Part shown: positions 37,801 through 45,242 of the stretch, piece by piece
How the letters are laid out: each line of letters begins with the position of its first letter
Position numbering within the stretch: position 1 is the first letter of the stretch
NCBI GenBank assembly: GCA_013177805.1
Contig: JABLXU010000008.1
Span: 33,239 to 97,238, forward strand
Reading direction: 5' to 3'
Origin: Candidatus Omnitrophota bacterium
GTDB lineage: Bacteria; Hinthialibacterota; Hinthialibacteria; Hinthialibacterales; Hinthialibacteraceae
Length of the DNA: 64,000 nucleotides
Made by a program: the position numbers and the translations under genes
Notes under the pieces: generated by a model
Told to the model about the DNA's origin: nothing
What the model saw: only the letters and a program-made list of their open reading frames with translations
The model's database searches: none

Positions 37801-40441
37801 GGGGATGGGCGGCCTGGGTGAGGGAATGGGCCTGCGAATGGCGGGCGGTTACGGGATGATGGCCGCGCCGGAAGAGGCCCCCGCCGGAGCGATGCCAATG
37901 GATATAAAGGAAACGCAATCCCTGGCGTTTCCCGCTGTTGAAAAATTCAACCAGCCAGACCTCGCCGGAGCGGAGTTAAGGAAACTGGCAAGGCAGGAGG
38001 ACAGCGGGATTTTGATTGGAGATAACGTTAAGACTATCTCAACCGGTCAGAAGGGGGAATCATTCGGTTTCCAAAACGAACTTCTGGTTCCCGATCCCTT
38101 GTCGTTGATCGATGTCGATCGAGCCGTGGCTTTGGGAGAGGAGGAAATCCGGCCGCTGGCGGTGAATGGCGAAGTGGATGAGATCCAACTGCGGGAAGAG
38201 ATGCTGGAGCAGGATAATGAATCCAATCCGCTAAAGCACGAAATCCGGGAAGAAATCGCCAAGGTCACGGCCTTGGAGCAAAAGATGACAACTCTTCCGC
38301 CCGCGTCGCCCGAGAGCGTTCAACGGAAGATCGCGAAAGACAAGCCGGTGCGGGTGCGCCGCTATTTCCCCGAGACGCTGTTCTACACACCCGAATTGAT
38401 CACCGACGACCAAGGGCTGGCGATGCTGAATCTGCCCATGGCCGATTCGATCACTACCTGGCGGATGTCGGCGATGGCCAACGCGAAAAACGGGGCGGTG
38501 GGCGATTCCACGGCGGCGCTGAAGGTGTTCAAGCCCTTCTTCGTGGATCTGGATCTGCCGGTGGCGTTGATCCAAAACGACGAAGTGACCATCCCCGTGG
38601 CGGTGTACAACTACCTGCCGGTCGAGCAGACCGTATCGGTGGAGCTGGAGCGCGCCCCGTGGTTCGATCTGCTGGAAGGCGCGTACGAACGCCGCGTGAG
38701 CGTGGCGGCCAACGAAGTGACCTCGGTGTCGTACCGCATCCGCGCCACCCGGTTGGGGAAGAATCCACTGACAGTATACGCCTGGGGAACCGAGGACCGC
38801 GACGCCACGGGGCGGGACATCGAGGTGCGGCCCAATGGCGAGGTGCGGTACATCACCTTCAACGGGCGGCTGGACAACGGCGTGAAGCACACGGTGGCGT
38901 TTCCCGAAGGCCGGGTGCCGGGCGCGGATAAATTGTTCGTGAAGATTTATCCCGGCATCTTCAGCCAGGTCGTCGAAGGCTTGGACACGATCCTGCAAAT
39001 GCCCAACGGGTGTTTTGAGCAGACCAGCTCGACCACCTATCCCAACGTGCTGGCGCTGGATTACATGAAGCAAACCGGCAGTATCACGCCGGAAATCGAG
39101 ATGAAGGCGCGCGAGTATATCAACCTGGGCTACCAGCGGCTGCTGACGTTCGAGATCCCCGGCGGTGGTTTCCAGGTGTTCGGCAATCCCCCGGCCACGC
39201 GCGTGTTGACCGCCTACGGGCTGATGGAATTCGCCGACATGAACGAGGTGTACCCGGTGGATGAGAACCTCATCCCCCGTACGGCGAGATGGCTGTTGGA
39301 ACAGAGGCAGCCGGATGGGACCTGGGACCCGGACGAAAACTACGCACATGCCGAGATGTGGCGAAGCATCCAGGGCAATCCGCTCCTGACCACGGCCTAC
39401 GTGGCGCTGGCGCTCAGCCGGACGGACGCGCGATCCGAGCTCGGACCCACCACGCAATACCTATTGGAGCACGCCGGAGACGCGGCAGACGCCTACACGC
39501 TGGGGATTCTGTGCAACGCCCTGCAAGCCCTCGTCCCCGAAGACGGGACCACCCGCGCGTGCGTGGAGCGGCTGGTGAACCTGGGTGACATCCAGGGCAA
39601 CGAAATGCACTGGGCGGCCGAGGCAAGCATGAGCTTCGCACGGGGCAACCATGCCTCGGTGGAAGCCACGGCCTGGGCGGCCATGGCACTGATTCAGGAC
39701 GGGCGGTTCAACACCGAGGCGGGCAAGGCGCTCAACTGGCTCATTCAGCAAAAAGATCCCCAGGGCACCTGGGGCACCACGCACGGGACAGTGCTGGCCC
39801 TCAAGGCGATGGTCCTCTCCCTCAAACAGGCGACGCGGGAAGTCAACGCCATGGTCCTGGCGCGGGTGAACGGGCAGGACGCGGCGCGCGTGACGGTCAC
39901 GCCGGAGGACGCGGACCTGTTCCGGCAGATCGATTTGAGCCCCTACGTTACAGGGAATGAACAAACCATCGAAATCGACCTGGAAGGCGAGGGCAGTCTG
40001 CTCTACCAGGTGGTGGGCAAGTACTTCGCTCCGTGGAGCGAAGCGAAGGCCGCGGCCGCGCCGTTCGATATCAAAGTGGATTACGACCGGAAGGAACTGC
40101 GGCGCAACGACACGGTGACCTGCCGGATCCACGCGAAGAACCAGCGGCCGGAACGGGTGGAGATGGTGATGATCGACGTGGGCATCCCGCCCGGATTCCG
40201 AGTGGAGCGTCCCGCTCTGGACGAGTACGTGGACCAAAAAACCATCGCCCGCTACACCCTGACCGCCCGGCAACTGTTGATCTACCTGGAATCGATGGAG
40301 GGTGAGGAAATCCTCGATCTCGAGATTCCCATGAAGGCGACGCTGCCCATGACGGCCAAGGCCCCGGAAGCGGTGATTTACGAATATTACAATCCAGAGC
40401 AGAAACAGGCCGCTCCGCCGAGTGAGTTGGAAGTGAAATAA
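34844..40441 (+). CDS. bacterial alpha-2-macroglobulin family protein with thioester and greatly expanded bait-side segment
   Basis: Signal peptide MMKSLPVWILWFAVLAPGAGHA. MG-domain motifs (TDKPVYQPGQLIHIRA, IVDESVYSL), RRYFPETLFYTPE, SITTWRMSA, thioester NGCFEQTSSTTYPN and a TED/receptor-like C-terminus. 1865 aa counted from the ATG at 34844. Confidence 0.9.
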   Translation: MMKSLPVWILWFAVLAPGAGHAEITLDKDQIQTERTAESLLITLPLRYSAEIQAMGDLVVTLLDDGYRPLARMEKKLVLFPGGQAEQVALPIESGSAEIDTCRVRIDLMGHTWLKRLGRTHQTQDVHVIGQPQWHSGSQAALRVVVTRAPGNEPVAGAAITARCLPVQGGEAVTLAEAVSDERGNADIQFAVPETLEGSRTLAVTIESAYGKDEVSSGVQIVPGTRIFLTTDKPVYQPGQLIHIRALAVNQAAGVPLAEKPVTLEVYDGKGNKVFKETKTTSEFGIVAADFQLADDVNQGEYRFKAILDNEVTEKTAQVYEYVLPKFRVAVHTERTFYAPGESVKGGVEARYFFGKPVAGANVKITANCFDVGFNEFETVNIQTDEEGRGEFSFTIPDKLVGQPLFKGDTIVQLDVRVRDSADHEEQKIHTFPVAVDPIQVDAIPESGRLVPGVENEIFLVASHPDGSVAQPKLRVDSRFLPKSVELQCDENGIASVMLIPQPVESTPGAPLTQNVALPRPDMPVLTITAEEDGRRAVLVKDLETESAAESLLLRVDKGVYTVGQAMNLTVLSPAFQRETVFLDIIKNGQTVLTKTLPLKDGRAALAVPLDNALAGTLALSAYVIRPDGNLVRDTRQVVVLRSDDLRIEITSDQEQYEPGQPARLRVAVRSGAGEPVRAAMSLHIVDESVYSLSEKEPGLAKVFFAIEKELLQPKVEIHGYALDKVVRLSAVEYEKNANLSKALLSKLDARSAYALNIFTGSTKIKQARQEVYNLQNYLRQTSLPMNTPEQDVDELLLSLNLPPDAVKTVDPWGVPYRVDFRDRRVAVASAGPDGKFNTSDDIQGPAEYFQIMAVNGQADTRWYFANGERRVEREMDTIQPPSLQGGDEDQDRVESETSYYIYAVPNVPVDRYGGTGLNFRRLGESGARGRAVVDKRGAFVDGIQQPEIIVGAPMKLGMSLRRDLMAEVEARAKMAVPPPMAAPPGGMGGLGEGMGLRMAGGYGMMAAPEEAPAGAMPMDIKETQSLAFPAVEKFNQPDLAGAELRKLARQEDSGILIGDNVKTISTGQKGESFGFQNELLVPDPLSLIDVDRAVALGEEEIRPLAVNGEVDEIQLREEMLEQDNESNPLKHEIREEIAKVTALEQKMTTLPPASPESVQRKIAKDKPVRVRRYFPETLFYTPELITDDQGLAMLNLPMADSITTWRMSAMANAKNGAVGDSTAALKVFKPFFVDLDLPVALIQNDEVTIPVAVYNYLPVEQTVSVELERAPWFDLLEGAYERRVSVAANEVTSVSYRIRATRLGKNPLTVYAWGTEDRDATGRDIEVRPNGEVRYITFNGRLDNGVKHTVAFPEGRVPGADKLFVKIYPGIFSQVVEGLDTILQMPNGCFEQTSSTTYPNVLALDYMKQTGSITPEIEMKAREYINLGYQRLLTFEIPGGGFQVFGNPPATRVLTAYGLMEFADMNEVYPVDENLIPRTARWLLEQRQPDGTWDPDENYAHAEMWRSIQGNPLLTTAYVALALSRTDARSELGPTTQYLLEHAGDAADAYTLGILCNALQALVPEDGTTRACVERLVNLGDIQGNEMHWAAEASMSFARGNHASVEATAWAAMALIQDGRFNTEAGKALNWLIQQKDPQGTWGTTHGTVLALKAMVLSLKQATREVNAMVLARVNGQDAARVTVTPEDADLFRQIDLSPYVTGNEQTIEIDLEGEGSLLYQVVGKYFAPWSEAKAAAAPFDIKVDYDRKELRRNDTVTCRIHAKNQRPERVEMVMIDVGIPPGFRVERPALDEYVDQKTIARYTLTARQLLIYLESMEGEEILDLEIPMKATLPMTAKAPEAVIYEYYNPEQKQAAPPSELEVK
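39011..39022 (+). other. CxEQ thioester motif codons (CFEQ) of the alpha-2-macroglobulin
   Basis: tgt ttt gag cag, in frame with the 34844 ORF. Confidence 0.8.
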
Positions 40442-40574
40442 GAGCATCAAAAGGAGTAAGGCAAACCGGGAGGTCGTACCTCCAGTTGAGCCGTTATAAA
40501 ATCCATCGGATTTGGATTACAAAGCCCAATGCAGGGTGGGCTCAAAGCGCGGCGTAACCCACCAAAGTAACTTC

Positions 40575-40609
40575 TTCCCTCTCCCCGGGAGAGGGCCAGG
40601 GTGAGGGAA
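40575..40609 (+). repeat. GC-rich palindromic intergenic repeat, copy F
   Basis: ttccctctccccgggagagggccagggtgagggaa. Confidence 0.65.
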
Positions 40610-40629
40610 AACCTTTGAAAAACCAAAAA

Positions 40630-40669
40630 CGCCCGAAGAGGTCTAAAATCTCTCCGGGCGCTTTTTTTT
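40630..40669 (+). terminator. rho-independent terminator after the alpha-2-macroglobulin gene
   Basis: CGCCCGAAGAG ... CTCTCCGGGCG stem (one mismatch), followed by C + T8 at 40661-40669. The A-run on the 5' side allows weak bidirectional use. Confidence 0.6.
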
Positions 40670-40688
40670 AATTTAAATCCGGGTCGAA

Positions 40689-41024
40689 TTACCGGGGGGC
40701 GGTGTTGTATTGGGGCTGTTGCTGGGTCGTGGACGTATACCCGCGCACCGAGCCCTGGGCCGCGCCCTGATTGTAGCCTTCCTGATATCCTTGCTGCCGG
40801 GCGTTGGCTTTCTCGCGCTGGTATTGGTCGTTAATCAACGCGCCGCCCAGCGCGCCCACACCCGCACCGATCAAGGTCCCTTCGGTGTCACCGCCGATGA
40901 GTTGCCCCGCGATCGCACCGGCGGCGCCGCCCCACATGGCCCCTTCCTGGGCCGGGGAGGTATAGCAGCCGGCCGCGAAGACCGCCACTCCGGTCATGAT
41001 GGCTAGTAATTGGAATCGCTTCAT
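40689..41024 (-). CDS. small glycine-zipper lipoprotein
   Basis: Lipobox-like signal MKRFQLLAIMTGVAVFAAGC, then GGAAGAIAGQLIGGDTEGTLIGAGVGALGGALI (glycine zipper) and a Q/Y-rich tail. Confidence 0.7.
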   Translation of the reverse strand: MKRFQLLAIMTGVAVFAAGCYTSPAQEGAMWGGAAGAIAGQLIGGDTEGTLIGAGVGALGGALINDQYQREKANARQQGYQEGYNQGAAQGSVRGYTSTTQQQPQYNTAPR

Positions 41025-41260
41025 GATGGTCCGCTCCTTTCATTCAAGGCGCTCTTCGCCTTCTTGTTTACAGATCCGCTTCGAAGAATGATTCTGACTT
41101 TAGTATCGGATGATAGAAGGGAATGGCTAATTTTTTTTTTCATTCGCTGATTTCCTACTTCTTATTGTATCGTAAGGGAAGCCATTCTCCAATTCATTGC
41201 GGGTGGTTTTTCAGGGAAAGCAGAGGCAGGAGAACGGCATGGCGTGCCCGGCCGCCGGGA

Positions 41261-42127
41261 TCAACCGCCCACTTGCCGGCGGGCGGCCCGGAGGGTATTG
41301 CATAGCAGCATCGCGATGGTCATGGGACCAGGGCCGCCGGGCGAAGGGCTAAGACATCCCGCCACTTCCATTACTTCCCCGGTGTCTACATCGCCGACCT
41401 GTTTGATTTTCCCGTTCTCTTCCTCGAAACTGATGCCGACGTCGATAACCGCCGCGCCCGGTTTGACCCAGGAGCCGCGGATCATTTTTTTCTGGCCGGT
41501 AGCGGCGATCAGGATATCCGCGCTCCGGCAGACGGCGGGCAAATCGCGGGTGCGGGAGTGGCAGAGGGTGACCGTAGCGTGTTCACGCAGCAACAGCTGG
41601 GCGAGTGGTTTCCCCACGATGTTGCTGCGCCCCACGATCACGGCTTGTTGGCCCAGGATGGGCACTTGCGCGTCCTTCAGGATTTCCATCACACCGAGCG
41701 GGGTGCACGGGACCAGACCCTCCAGGCCCATGGAGAGATAACCCACGTTGAGGGGGTGAAAGCCGTCCACATCCTTGGCGGGCAGCACCCGTTCCTGCAC
41801 GGCGAGGGCGTTGATCTGGGGAGGGACGGGCAGCTGCACGAGGATGCCGTGGACACGGGGATCCGCGTTCAGCCGGTCTACCAGCGCGAACAATTCCTCC
41901 TGGGTGACGGCCGCGGGAAGAACGTGTTGGAACGAGTTCATGCCGGCTTCCACGCAGGCTTTGCTCTTGTTGCGGACATACACCTGGGAGGCAGGATTCT
42001 CCCCCGCGAGAATGACCGCCAACCCCGGTTGAACCGAGGTCTGTTGAACGAAACGGGCGACTTCTTCCTTCAAACGGGTGCGGATGGATTGGGCCAACGC
42101 CTTACCGTCCAAAAGCCGTGCAGTCAT
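41261..42127 (-). CDS. folD: bifunctional methylenetetrahydrofolate dehydrogenase/cyclohydrolase
   Basis: The ATG at 42127 gives [16 protein letters not shown]. Further motifs are [27 protein letters not shown] and [14 protein letters not shown]. Confidence 0.9.
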   Translation of the reverse strand: MTARLLDGKALAQSIRTRLKEEVARFVQQTSVQPGLAVILAGENPASQVYVRNKSKACVEAGMNSFQHVLPAAVTQEELFALVDRLNADPRVHGILVQLPVPPQINALAVQERVLPAKDVDGFHPLNVGYLSMGLEGLVPCTPLGVMEILKDAQVPILGQQAVIVGRSNIVGKPLAQLLLREHATVTLCHSRTRDLPAVCRSADILIAATGQKKMIRGSWVKPGAAVIDVGISFEEENGKIKQVGDVDTGEVMEVAGCLSPSPGGPGPMTIAMLLCNTLRAARRQVGG

Positions 42128-42470
42128 GGTTCTCTCTTTTTTTATCCAATGGAATTTTGCATGGAATGAACACCAGCCGGGCAAAGAAATCACCCGCCGG
42201 GCCTGGGGGACACTGTACCATAGTCCTTGCCATCATCAACTCCCATCTGGAAACGGTCTTTCAGGCAATAGGTGGTCTTCTCGCACCCGGTCCTGTAGTT
42301 GAAATGGAACACGAATTAGGCTATAAATGAAGAATAGATATTTATAGAAGATGGGAGCCGTGTGGATTGAGTTTTAGTTGTCGAAAGATTATTTATATTT
42401 TTCGAGAATCCATGATGAGTGATTGACTAGTCATTCATCATTGAAACTAATTCAATACAGGGGTGAAAAC

Positions 42471-43174
42471 ATGATGAACAAAAAATCCTGCTGGATGATC
42501 GGACTCGTCGTGGGAATGTTGATCGTGGGGTATGCCTGCTCGCCGTCGCCCGCGCCCAAGGAGCCCGCGGCCGAACAACCCGCCGTGGAGGAACCCGCGG
42601 CCGAAGAGCCTGCAGCCGAACAACCTGCCGCTGAGGAACCTGCCGCTGAAGAGCCCGCGGCCGAACAACCTGCGGCCGAGCAGCCTGCGGCCGAGCAGCC
42701 CGCCGCGGAACAACCCGCCGAACCCCAGGTGGAGGAAGCCACCCAGAGCGCCATGGGCGAGATCCAGGTGAACGACTTATTGGCCATGGCGTCGAACCGG
42801 GACGGCAAGGCTTTTTTTTAAATTTTTGGGCGACCTGGTGCGCCCCATGCAAGGAAGAGATGCCCGGCATTGTGAAGTTGTATGAGCAGTATGGCCGGGA
42901 TAAAGCCGATTTCCTGGCGGTGTCGTGCGATGGTTTGACCGGCACCGCCGGGGACGTTCCGGCGGTGATGAAGCAGCTCAACATGACAATGCCCACGCGG
43001 ATTTTGGTTACGGATGACCAAAACGCCGCCATCCGGGCCATTGATGAGGAATGGAGCGGCGCCTTGCCCATGACCCTGGTATACGATGCCCACGGCAAGA
43101 AGGTGCATCGTTTCACCGGCGCTCAGCCCCTGGAAGTGTTTGAAAAAGCCCTCCGGGAAGTCACGGGCGGGTGA
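42471..43174 (+). pseudogene. TlpA/ResA-like thiol-disulfide oxidoreductase lipoprotein split by a frameshift in a T8 run
   Basis: Frame 0 (42471-42821) encodes a signal/lipobox, PAAEQ repeats and ...NRDGKAFF-stop. From 42818 the -1 frame reads [26 protein letters not shown]... (CxxC thioredoxin fold) through 43174. The junction is the T8 at 42812-42819. Confidence 0.7.
42561..42722 (+). repeat. tandem 15-bp (5-aa) repeat array encoding PAAE(Q/E) linker
   Basis: [54 protein letters not shown], about 10 imperfect units of gagccYgcggccgaaca-type 15-mers. Confidence 0.85.
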
Positions 43175-43197
43175 GAGGCAACAGCCGCCGGGTGAAA

Positions 43198-45231
43198 TTA
43201 TGGATTCTGGTTACGGGGCGGGTTGGCTTGAGGTGGATGGAGTTGTTGGATCTGATCGAGATAATGTTGGATTTCCGATGGATCGATCTTGTTTTTAAAA
43301 GGCCTTTTCACGTGGAGCCGCAGCGCATCCTGGAAAAGTTGCTCCGCTGTTTGGAATTCTCCCAAATAAAAGTACGCCCGCCCCGCAAAATACCGGTAAT
43401 CCGGTGAATTAGGATCACTTTCGATCGCTTTTTCCAACCACGCCGCCGCCTCCTGGAGGCAATCCCGTGCCAAGGTAGGAAACCGGATGGCGGTGTGCGT
43501 ACCCACCAGATCTGCCAGCTTCAGGCAACTAATCCCCAGGTTCAACCGGTTGGTGGTGAAATCCTCCTGCAGTTCTTCCAACGCTGTGAAAGCTTCAATG
43601 GCTTGGTGATAATCCATGACCTTGTGATACGCCACGCCCAGATAGAATAGGCTTTCGGGGTGATCCGGAGCGAGGACGCGCGCCTGGTTCAACGCCGTGA
43701 ACGTCTGCTCCAGACGGGAGCGGTTGTACTCCAAGGACTGATTCTCATCCAGTTCGGAGATCCATTTGATGCCACTTTTGATCATGAAATCGCCCACAAA
43801 ATACTGAAGGCCTCCCAGAAACAGGAAAGGGACGAACATCACCGAAACCAGATGAAAGAGACCGCGTCCCCAAGGGGATGGTTCTTTCCTGTCCGCACGC
43901 AACGCCGCGCTCCGGCCCGCGGCGATCCCGGCAAACGACCAGAGAAGAAACGCGGAGGGAGTGAAGCGCAAGGTGACCGTGAAGAGGTTGTGGATAAGGG
44001 CGCCGAGCATGCCGCTCCACAAGCCGAGCAATTCCAGGTTGTCGTGGGAACGGTAGCGGATCAAGGACCGCCAGATATAAACCATCGTGGAAACAACCAA
44101 AGCCAAATAGAGGAATAGGCCGATCGCGCCGGTTTCGGCCAAAATCTCCAGGTACTCGTTGTGGGCGTGTTCGACGAAGAATTCCTGGAAGGGCAGGTGA
44201 AAAGCGAGCTCCTTGGGCCGGAAAGCCGGGAAATAGAGGGGAAAGGTCCCGAGTCCGGTTCCCAACCATGGGTGATTGAGCCAAATAGCGGCGGCTCCCC
44301 GCCAGAAGAAGGGGCGGGTGGCCACCGAAGTGTCTTCTTCCACCTGAGCGAAGCGCAGCACCATGGCCGAGATTTCATCCCAGAGGCCGATGGTCAATCC
44401 CACGCCCAGAAGGGCCATCCCCGCCAGAGCGGCCAGCGCCCCCCGGCGGGTGATCCCCGGGCGGAACAAGACCGGATCCCGCACCCAGTTGACATAAGTG
44501 AGAGAAGCGGCCAGGAGCATTAAGGTGACGGCGGTGGCAACCCAAGCGCCGCGGCTGAAGGAAAAAATGAGGGCGGCCCCTTGCAGGATGGTAACGATGA
44601 AAAAGGCCAGGCGCGCCCACCCGGTCCGCGCCAAGGCCAGGGTTAAGGTCAACGGAAGAAGGGCGGCCAGATATCCCGCCAAGTAGTCGGGATTGCCCAG
44701 GCTGCCGGTTACCCGCCGGATGCCCCCGCCGAAGTCGAAAGTCTTCCAGTCGAGGAAAAACTCGATCTCGTAGGCTTGCAGGATGGCGTAGAGGCTGATC
44801 GCGGCGGAGACGAGGACCGTGGCGTGGAGGAACATCCGGAAGCGGCGCGGACGGGCAGCGAAAAAAAAGGCGGCCGTGGCGAACAGCATGTACGCCACCC
44901 AGCGGAGGAGTTCATGAGCGGAACGGGGATGGCCGGAAACCCCGTACGCGGATGCGACGAGATACGCGCTCAATCCGGCCAGGAGGAAGACAAGGCCTCT
45001 CGGCACGATTTGCGCCGGCGGCCGGGCGTCCCGTGATTCCAGCCGCCACGCGAAGGGAAGCAGGAGCAAAAGCGACGCGGCTGTGGCTTGCAACACGGTT
45101 TCCTTCATCACAATGGTGTGGGTATTGAACGTGGTGAAGACCGTGGGGACCAAGATCACAGGCAATAAAAACAAGCCCTCCTGAAGAAGGGAAACAAACC
45201 GGGTGATTTTATCGGCAATGGAATTACGCAC
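43198..45231 (-). CDS. O-antigen ligase-like (Wzy_C) polytopic membrane protein with C-terminal TPR domain
   Basis: GTG start at 45231. Many TM segments, with FSFSRGAWVATAVTLMLL (O-antigen ligase loop motif). The C-terminal roughly 200 aa are TPR-like (YLGVAYHKVMDYHQAIEAF..., YFAGRAYFYLGEFQTAEQLF). Confidence 0.75.
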   Translation of the reverse strand: MRNSIADKITRFVSLLQEGLFLLPVILVPTVFTTFNTHTIVMKETVLQATAASLLLLLPFAWRLESRDARPPAQIVPRGLVFLLAGLSAYLVASAYGVSGHPRSAHELLRWVAYMLFATAAFFFAARPRRFRMFLHATVLVSAAISLYAILQAYEIEFFLDWKTFDFGGGIRRVTGSLGNPDYLAGYLAALLPLTLTLALARTGWARLAFFIVTILQGAALIFSFSRGAWVATAVTLMLLAASLTYVNWVRDPVLFRPGITRRGALAALAGMALLGVGLTIGLWDEISAMVLRFAQVEEDTSVATRPFFWRGAAAIWLNHPWLGTGLGTFPLYFPAFRPKELAFHLPFQEFFVEHAHNEYLEILAETGAIGLFLYLALVVSTMVYIWRSLIRYRSHDNLELLGLWSGMLGALIHNLFTVTLRFTPSAFLLWSFAGIAAGRSAALRADRKEPSPWGRGLFHLVSVMFVPFLFLGGLQYFVGDFMIKSGIKWISELDENQSLEYNRSRLEQTFTALNQARVLAPDHPESLFYLGVAYHKVMDYHQAIEAFTALEELQEDFTTNRLNLGISCLKLADLVGTHTAIRFPTLARDCLQEAAAWLEKAIESDPNSPDYRYFAGRAYFYLGEFQTAEQLFQDALRLHVKRPFKNKIDPSEIQHYLDQIQQLHPPQANPPRNQNP

Positions 45232-45242
45232 GCCAAAATATC

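Noticed and set aside
41133-41143. A T11 homopolymer in the folD/glycine-zipper intergenic region as a phase-variation tract
   Set aside because: It is not inside a CDS and has no clear -10/-35 spacing relationship that I could define. It is noted only as a slippage-prone run.
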